DNA of 64,000 nucleotides from the human T2T-CHM13v2.0 reference genome, Homo sapiens: the NCBI RefSeq assembly GCF_009914755.1, contig NC_060936.1; one strand, given 5' to 3'. The notes beneath the pieces are model-generated. The model did no database searches. It was not told the origin of the DNA and saw nothing but the letters and a program-made list of their open reading frames with translations. Shown in pieces: positions 54,548-64,000 of this stretch. Position 1 is the stretch's first letter, and every line of letters begins with the position of its first letter. A program made the position numbers and the translations under genes.

Positions 54548-54897
54548 CAGTGCTTCTCAACTTTAAGGTGCATAGGAATTCCCTGCAGATCCTGTTTAAA
54601 AAGCAGATTCTCATTCAGTAGGTCTGAGGTGGAGCCATAAATCGTGCATTTCTAACAAGCTCCCAGGTGATCCTGATGCTGCTGGTCCACGGACAGTGCT
54701 TTGAATAGCAAGGATCTGGCCTACGATGTGCAGTAGAACTTTCTGCAGTCAAAAAAATGTTCTATATCTGTACCAATATAAGCCCTTGAAATGTGGCTGG
54801 TGGGACTGAGTAATTAAATTTGTGTTTTTATTTGATTTTAATTAATCTAAATTTAAATAGTCAAATGTAGCTAGTAGCTACTGTATTGGGGAGCACA
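54548..54897. mobile_element. Adjacent MER5A (54548-54712) and MER3 (~54720-54897)
   Basis: Recalled consensus motifs of each hAT element. Confidence 0.75.
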
Positions 54898-55645
54898 TGT
54901 CCAGAAAGTCCCTCGGAGATAAATTTCAATATGGATAATGGAGTTTGGGGGTGATCACCCCATAGGGCAAAGATCAGGGGAACTATTTTGAAAGCTGCAC
55001 TACAAAAGTTCCCAAGGCAGTGTCCCTTATAAGTAAGTCCTTGGCAGCCAGGAAAAAGCCTTTCCTTCTGTCTTTCCTTCCAGCCAGATTCGTCTTGCTT
55101 TTGCAGTGGAATCCTGGTAGCGGCTCTCCCAGGGCTGCTACTTCCCTATGTGGACAGGTTGACCCAGACACTCCTAGGGCCCCAGGAGATGGGACACAAA
55201 TGGCCCAATCCAGCAGACCCAAGACATACCCCTCCTCATGCCTACTTTTGCAAGGCCAATTGATTAAATCTAGAGAACACACAATGGAAAAACACCCAGC
55301 CAGTGCTCTTTTTTTGGTGGGAAGAAAAGCAATGGGATTGGTAAACAGAAGAGGCTAGAAATTAGGAGAGGAGACAGGATGAGAGAGCAGGGGTTAAGTG
55401 GGGAGACAAAGGGAGCTAAAGTGTCAGAGGGACCAGTAGAGGGGCAAGAAACAGGGAGAACAGGCATAGGGGAGGATAAAGGAGACAGATGTCAGGAAAC
55501 AGGGCGTCAGAGAGAAAGAAACAATGCTGGAAGTATGTGGGGATCAAGAGGTATTCAGAACCAACCTGATGGGACAGCTATGTGGGGGACCTGCAGGAGC
55601 CCCACCTCACCCCTGCCCCTAGGGCAGTAAGTGTTAAATAGTTAC

Positions 55646-55713
55646 CTCCTCGGTGGATGATCAGAAGATGACAGGGTGGGGCTTCTTTGGTGCATTTGTT
55701 GTGGCACTTTAAC
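55646..55713 (-). CDS. KSR2: KSR2 exon (~exon 8, 68 nt): (K)[23 protein letters not shown]-terminal half of the C1/CA3 domain
   Basis: Polypyrimidine tract + CAG|G TTA AAG TGC; donor GGA G|GTAAC; phases 2/1; C1-type CHxxC motif. Confidence 0.95.
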
Positions 55714-55737
55714 CTGAGAAAGATAAAGAGAGAGAAA

Positions 55738-56262
55738 GATGGATAGGTGAATGGCTGAGTGAGCGGGTAGGTGGGTGGGTGGATGAATGGATGGATGGGT
55801 GGATGGGTGGATGAATGGATGGGTGAATGGATGGGTAGATGGATGGGGGATAGATGGGTGAGTAGATGAATGGGTGAATGGATTCACGGATGGATGGGTA
55901 GGTGGATGCATAAATTGGTAGATGGATTGATGCATGGGTGGGTGGGTGGGTGGATGGCTGGGTGGATAGATTGATAGGTGGCTGGACAGATGGATGGATG
56001 GGTGGATGAATAGATGGATAAATGGGTAGGTGGATGGACGGGTGGGTGGATGAGTGGGTGGATGGATAGATAGATGACTAGATGAATGGATGGGAGATGA
56101 ATGAACAGACAGATTGATGGTTGATGTGTGGATAGATGAGGAAGTGAATAGATAAATAAATGGATAGATGGATGGATGGAAGGATGGATGGATGGATGGA
56201 TGGATGGATGGATGGATGGATGGTGGATGGGTAGGTAGATGGATAGGTGGATAGATGGGATG
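55738..56262. repeat. Degenerate (TGGA)n simple repeat abutting the exon 8 acceptor
   Basis: Direct inspection. Confidence 0.92.
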
Positions 56263-57245
56263 CCCCCAGTGGTCTGGAAAGCTCTGGGTGCTGTGGATAC
56301 CAAGATGTGAGATGAGATGGGGCAGCTACTGCAAAGGCATATCCTCAGCAAACCAGGAAATTATCTCCGCAGAGAGGCTTCTAGTATCCCACTCTCTCAG
56401 GTAAGTCTTGGGTGGTCGAAGAATGGATGGCAGCTGTTTTATTAGCACTGCCCACACGGACTTCACGTTTTAAAAAATATCAAATATCATGCTTTTCCCA
56501 TCAGCCTGTATTTATGATCATCATCACAATTCTTCTCATCATCTTCCATTTACTTGAAGATTCATTTTATACTATGTCATTTAATCTTCGTAACAACTTC
56601 ACGAAATGGGCATTATTATCATTCCCATTTCACAGATGGAAAAACTTGGATTAACTGACTTGCCCTGACAGAAAACCAGGGTCAGGGGTCCCAAAGGTGG
56701 CCGCTCATTTTTCTTAAAGCCTCACGCTGTAGGACACATTCAACCAGGGCTTCCAATTATAATGAAATCGGTGCCAGGTATTAAGTTTTAGAGGCATACA
56801 GTTGAAGAGTTTAGAATGATAATGTCTTCCTTTGAGAGGAGCCAAAGAGGACACCTTGCTCTTTCCCCTGGAGTTGCCTGACTTCACAAAGATAATAAAA
56901 TTCACAAATTACTGCAGCCTGGCTTTGTCCTTTTCTTGTAGAGTTTTATGTCAATAGGATAGATACACGCTGTGGAAGATGCCGTAAGTGCCCCATTCGT
57001 ATCCCCTTGGATTCTCTTACCATTTTGCACATACCAGTCTAACTTCCAGCAGCCAACATCTTTGCCAGAGGGTGGCCCTCAGGCTGCTTGGAGATTTAGT
57101 ATTAAAATAGACGTATACATTAAACTCAGAAGTAGGAACTTTACAGTTGCCCCCTACTCTCTTCCTGATTTGATAGTTCTCTTTAAAATAATGGTTTGAA
57201 TATGCAGGCACAGACTCAACATTGATTCCTCCAATTAGTCTAGTT

Positions 57246-57427
57246 CAGTGGTTCTGAAAGTAGTGTTCTCAGACCAGCAGCATAAGCACCACCTGGGAAC
57301 TTTTCTGGGGCCCCCTGGCAGATCTGCTGAATCAGTACTTGGAGGCTAGGCTGCAGCAGGCAGCACTCTGGGTCTGAAAAAGCCCTCTAGGTGAATTGGA
57401 TGCATGCTCAGGTGTGAGAACCACCAG
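57246..57427 (+). mobile_element. MER5A
   Basis: 'cagtggttctgaaagt...gaccagcagcat...gagaaccacc'. Confidence 0.75.
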
Positions 57428-57771
57428 CCTAGCTGATTGTTTTGGAATATTTGTGCACATTTCCCCAGTTTTTCTCTTGTTTGGTCTTTCATGGCTCTGA
57501 TGGGGCTCTGAATTCCTCTCTGAAAAAGTTAGACCTGGGACCACCGAGAGTGCAGAAGGGGAGCAAGGAGGGACATAGGAAATATGAGACAATGCTGAAT
57601 CACAGGGTGAGACGTAAGCCCCTCTCCAATTCTCTTTCAATCTGATGGCACCAGAGAGGTCTCTCCAACACGTGCTATCTCCAGTCCCAGTTTTCGACAG
57701 GTAGCAGTATCCACAGGGAATTTTATCAATGATTTTTCCATTTGAAAATTTATTTTTTCCAGGTTGCCTTA

Positions 57772-58175
57772 TGAGATGGTTTGAATACTTGTCCCTTCCA
57801 AATCTCATGTTGAAATGTGACCTCCAAGTTGGAAGTGGACCTAGTGGAAAGTGTTTGGGTCATGAGGGTGGATCCTTCACAAATGGCTTGGTGCCTTCCT
57901 TACGGTAATCAGTAAGTTCTCACTCTATTAGAGACCCTGAGATCTGATAGTTTAAAGGAGCCTGGCATCTCCTTCTATCTCTCTTGCTCCCTCTCTCACC
58001 ATGTGACACCCCTGCTCCCCCTTCTCCTTCTGCTATAAGACCTTACCAGAAGCCAACAAGAGGCTGGTGCCATACTTGTACAGCCTGCAGAACCGTGAGC
58101 CAAATAAACTTATTTTCTTTATAAATTACCCAGCCTCAGGTATTCCTTTATAGCAATGCATAACAGACTAACACA
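57772..58175 (+). mobile_element. MSTB-like solo LTR
   Basis: TG...CA ends, MST motifs, TSD cctta. Confidence 0.88.
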
Positions 58176-60779
58176 CCTTATATTAATGGCAAATTATGTT
58201 GATTTTTCATTTATGATAATGAGATACATTTTCATCTTTCAATAAATTTAAGTTTAAAAAGGCCATAAATAGAAAATAAGTAAAAATAGTAGAGTGGATA
58301 TGTAATTATGATAAAATCATGACAGAGTGTTAGACAAATGTCTGAGTTAGACTGGGAAAAGTTGACTTAGACATTTTGGAATCTACAAAAAGAGGACATA
58401 GCTCTTGGCACCAGAAAGTCTAAGATGGTTGAAAAACATTTGGAAGTGCTGTTGGTCATGAATGTCATAAAGACTGTAGGACACTGAAAATAACAAGAAC
58501 TAACATGTTTGATGTGTTAGGTAATATCCTGAGTGCTTTACATCATTCATTTAATCCTCATAACAGCCCTAAGAAGTAGCAATTATTGTTAGTCCCATTT
58601 TACAGAGTGAGAAACTCAGGCTCATCAAATTTGGATAACTTACCTAATGTCAAATGGCCTATAAGAGACAGAGTTCCCAAGCCCAACTTTTAACCACAAT
58701 GCTAAATGCCTTCCTAACTTGCACTCTTTTTGCTTTAACATCTTGGGGGTAGGTGTGGGTAAAGTAGAAGGTTCCTGGGAGCTATAACTACCTGAGTCAA
58801 AATGCCCTTCTTTGAGACAAGCCTAAGATAACACCTAACTCTTCCCAATACGGATGCTTGACTTCACAAGGATAATCAAAATCCCAAGTTACTGTGACCT
58901 GGCTTTCTTTGTCTATTCCTTTTCTAAGACCCTCAGACTCTCAGACTTATGGGAAAGGTCCCAGCCCCCATGGGAAAGCTCATGATGCTTCAAAGCCCTG
59001 ATGCAGAGCTCTGCTAAATGTGAAACGGGCCTTTCATTCATTCAACACTGAGTTTGGCCTGGAGTGCCCCAGATACTGGAGATTCACAATGAACAAGGCT
59101 AATGCAGCCTCTCTGTTTATGGGGAGGGATGATAAATGTATAAGCAGATAAATCAAATAATTGCAGATGTCATAAGATCATGAAAAAATATTACAGGAAA
59201 ATGGGTTGCGGGGAATGATGGGGTATGAGGGAGGTCCTTGGGTAGGTGTCAAGGGTAGGGGAAGCCGAGTTCCAGCACAAAGGTTTGGAGGGCAGAACAA
59301 GTGTGGTGAGTTCAAGGGTCAAAAGTTAAAGGTCAATGAGGCTTTTAAAGTGATGAGAACTTTTAAAGTGAAGAGAACAACACGAATGGTGGGGACATGA
59401 GGAAGGGGAGGGGGTGGGGACCCCAAAAGCTAAGGCAAAGGGTCTGCATTTGAATCTGCAGGTGCTGTGAAGCCACTGAAGTTTTCTGAGGACCATGACA
59501 TGGCCAGACTGATGTTTGGGAAGCCCTGAGCTGTGGGGAATCTGATGTCAAAGGGGAGTCAGTCCAAGAAGTTTCTGCACTTGGAATAGCTGGACTCCAC
59601 CCCAGAAACTTCAAGAAAGAATATTTTTCCTTTCTAACACCCCCACCTAAAAGTCATCTCTAATAAACCCAGCTGGAAGAGTGCCTTGCAGATGCAAAGA
59701 AGCCCTGTTGGTATCTCGTGGGCAGCACTTTGAATCAGGAGCATGCAATTTAGTTTAACCTGTAGACCACTGCTAACCCAAGACAGAACAGGTAAGGCTG
59801 CTCATGACCTTGGCCTGTTTCCTGCTCTCCTCCTTGGCAATTTTTCCTCTCCAGAGTCCCTTATTGCTTCTCTCTTGCAGTAATGGAAAAGCCCTCCTTG
59901 ACCTCTGTCCCAGGAGTGGGAGACCGAACACTCTTCCTTCCAGCCAGGGGCTTCGGTGGGCAGCATTAGCAGTGGAAACACAGCCTTGCTCATGCAGAAA
60001 ACCCCAAGGGAAATATCTCCAATGCCCAGGCACTTAAACCTTGCACTTAGGTTCAGATGTCAAGAACGAGAGCCTGCACATCCCGGATCTGCTAATAGAG
60101 TCGGCAGGATTAGACAAACCCTGAAATTACACAGACTCTGGAGACAGAGGGAAGAGGGACCACAGCAAGGTTTTGCAAAGCACACTATGTCCCTCTTAAT
60201 GGAAACTGTTCTTCCAGCTGGAAATGTGCATCATTTTCCCAAAATGTGGCTTTTCCTTTTCCCTACCCATGGAAGAAAGAGCTACTAGCGTGTAATTTAC
60301 CAGGAGACCACCTGCTTCAAAATTAGATTCCCAGGCCTCACTCTCCAAGGTCCTGATTGGGTAAGTGTCTTTTGGGAATGCAAATTTTAAGCAAGCACAC
60401 GTGAAACTCGAGAACTACCATATCAGAGGAATACATTCTACTTCCCAGATGAGAGATGAATGGGAGCCTGAATCTTTCGGAATACAATGTTCTCCTCCGA
60501 AAGGAAAATGGGGAAAGTATATAGAACAAACCTAGGTTCAAATCCTGATACCACCACTCCCTGGCTGTGATAACTTGGGCAAGCTGCCGATCCACTCAGA
60601 GCCTCAGTTTCCCCATCTGTAAGGTGGGGACAATTGTAGCCTCTTGCCTCTCTGGGTTGCAGTGAGGACTAATGATATAATGCAAGTAAGGTGCCCAGAA
60701 CAAATATTTGGCACACAGTAGAATCTCAAGCAGCGGCAGGTGCTATCTTTATTATGGTAGTTACCATAATTATTGCTAG

Positions 60780-61141
60780 TTTGTGCAGCAGCTTTCTACA
60801 GCAAGCCCCTAAGATCCTCTGCTGGAGGACTTTCTCTGGCTGGAAACATGGGCTGGCTAGAACACTTGGAGACCTCAACCAACTATAGGTGGGCGTTGGT
60901 TGATGGATATTCCAGCCCCCTCTCTCATGGGTGGCATGACCCAGAGGCATGCTCATTTTAGGACTGCACCCCAATCCCCCCAAGCACCTGCTCTTTGATG
61001 CACCCATTACCAGCTGCCTTAACTCTCTGTCTCACTTCCCCATTCCTCTATTGGTGTGGCCTGGGATCACCTCTCAAATAAACCACTTGCCCTCACATCC
61101 TTGTCTCTGGGTCTGTGGAAACAGGGAGCCCAATTAAAACA
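60780..61141 (+). mobile_element. LTR16-like ERVL solo LTR (a similar 5' fragment at ~56970-57095)
   Basis: 3' end 'ctgggatcacctctcaaataaaccacttgc...ccttgtctctgggtctg'. Confidence 0.65.
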
Positions 61142-63089
61142 CCAGGATTATTAACAGAAATTCAGAGCATGAACGTGGCCTTCCCCATGGCTCTCACACC
61201 AAAACCCTTGGCTCCGCATGCTGTCAGTCCCTAATGAATTTGGTTCTCCAGGTGCTCCATTCCCGAAGGAGGAAGGGAAGAGGTGAGGTGGACACAACAG
61301 ACTGCCCCCAGTAACGTGAAAGAAGGCAAACCTCCACACCAGATATGGGCCAGGAGGAGCCCCATGTTTCAAGATGGTGGGTCTGAAGGATTCCCAGGCA
61401 CCAGGGAAGGTCCTATATGGTTCCAGAAATGGTCAAAAGTTTGCACTTTGCAATCAAGCCGACCTGAGCCTGAATCACAGGTCTGCCCTTCCTGGCAGGG
61501 CAAGACAGCATCTAATGAGAGAATGTCTAAGTAGTACCACATAGGCACCAAATAGGTCAACGCTTTAGCAGGCAGGGATATGACCCACTCTGAGCACACA
61601 CAGAAAAAGCCTGCAAACTTGGAAAGGATTTATTTAAAACTTTCATGGCAAATAGTTAACTTCTTTTTTCTTTTAACTTCTAAGGTTTAATAGGATAAGC
61701 TTCAGTTATCAGGAAAAGTTGCTTACGAGGAACATCTCATTCCCCCAAGGGAGTTGCTGGCTAAATGAGACATCATCTCTGTCTGAATATTAAATATGTG
61801 AATTTATCTTGAGGGCAGAATCTAGGTCTCCCTCATGTGCTACCTCCCTTTCCTTTCCTCCTTCATTGAAAGGTGCCTGGTGTGTATTATCTGGTGGGTA
61901 AGTATCAGAGAGATGGAGGGAAAGAGGAGGAAAGAAAAAGAAGAACAGGCAGAAGGGGAAATCTGTCAAACACTGCAGATTTAGAAACATTCTAATCCCT
62001 ATCAAAACGTTTTTGAAAGGCTATTTCTATTTCTTATAAATCGTATCCCTCTTTGTTTGTGAAATGCAATGATGCCCCCTCTGCATTTCCTTCTTTCTTC
62101 CCTCCCTTCTTCCCAGTGCGGGGCTGGAGGGCAGGATTTGACCAGAAGCAAACTGGATCTCCATGGGAACTGCGGGGGACAAATGGTCTCTTTCACAAGC
62201 AGCTCTGCTGTTTTCTTGAAAGATGTGTCATGGCCCCCTGTGAAGCAGTCATAAGCCTAGAGCCTGGCACAGAGCTGGAATCCAAATGCTGGCGTTCACA
62301 GGAGGGACAGGCAAGACCCCTCCTAGGGAAGACTGTCACGTCAATTTCTCACTGTTCATTGGGCGATTCTAACCAACGGATGAAAATTTGCTCCGATCAG
62401 CTTCGATCTCTCATTTCTCCTATTTTTTCTTGTTCCATGCCAGCTAACTTTACAATAATCTGTCTGACTAGGGCCCAGTCTTTCCTTCCAGAGTGCACAT
62501 GGAACATTTTAAAAACCTGGCTCCTAATATCCAATTGAGGAAACATTAAACAAGCACAAACTTTGAGCCAGGTGCTAAATTACACAACCCATTTCCCCTG
62601 AACAGCAATCTCTTAAGAGGTGTATATTGTTACACCCATGTAATATGTGAAAAGTACTGAACATCTAGCTTTTGTTGGCTTACTTTTGTTAATAAAATAG
62701 TGGATATCAGTTTATATATGGCTATGGAATCACAATATTGACAATGAGAATAGGAATAATAATTATTTCCCTTTACCATGTGAGATAAACTGTGTGAAAT
62801 GTTTTACATATATTTTAACCCTTATTAGATTCTGTTGGAGATAACTTATCTGTTTGTTTACTCTCACTGCAGATCTAATACATTCATTTTGCTCATTCAT
62901 TCTTCAGAAAACAGAAGTGATAAATCCTCATTGATGTGGCCCCATTGTGTAGTCATGTGTAATCATGTGATATATAATTCTAAGTCTTCTATGTGCATGG
63001 CTTTAAAACCTCAATTCAAGTTTCAGACTGCAATCAAGTTTAAGACTTGAAGTTTAAGACTCTTTTTAACTGTTACTTTTCCCCCCAGT

Positions 63090-63740
<651 letters not shown>

Positions 63741-64000
63741 CCCATTTTTAAGTCAAGAAGACTGGGGTCCAGTAACAAGCTCAGTCATTCAGATAGTGAT
63801 GGGCAGAATTGGGACAATTCATCCCTGCATGCCCACAAGAAGACACTGTGTTCCTCCTCTGTGCCAAGGGCTATGCTAGGCACTGGAGGTATAATAATTA
63901 AATAAGACAAGAATTCTTTCTTTAAAGATCTTGCAGTCTAGCAAGAAATTTACTGTCCAAGAATGTAAACCCATCTCTTGTGGCTTCAAGCATGAACATC

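Noticed and set aside
55642-56351. His/Pro/Ser-rich ORFs (also 5987-6232)
   Set aside because: Translation of (TCCA)n repeats.

Overview
Primate (most likely human) genomic DNA lying entirely inside the KSR2 (kinase suppressor of Ras 2) gene on the minus strand. Seven coding exons can be assembled with consistent splice phases: 68, 125, 169, 42, 73, 49 and 368 nt, probably exons 8-14 (numbering from memory). They encode the end of the C1 domain, the 14-3-3 site RTESVP, the S/P-rich CA4 region, an FxFP motif and the N-lobe of the pseudokinase domain. The rest is intron filled with Alu, L1, L2/MIR, MaLR/ERVL solo LTRs, hAT/Tigger DNA elements, microsatellites and one minisatellite. I found no RNA genes, no CRISPR array and no demonstrable new multi-gene system. 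The most interesting points concern splicing or exaptation: (1) the exon 9 acceptor reads GG rather than AG in this allele, with an in-frame rescue AG 6 nt downstream; (2) the only intact FxFP ERK-docking motif in these exons lies on a 42-nt frame-preserving microexon with a neural-microexon-like acceptor; (3) a candidate AmnSINE1-like relic in intron 14 carries a strong acceptor and an immediate stop; (4) inverted repeats bracket exons 13-14, whose 417-nt circle would be a stop-free ORF; (5) a tail-less Alu and an old ~110-bp local duplication are present. Repeat subfamily names come from recalled consensus sequences and their boundaries are approximate.
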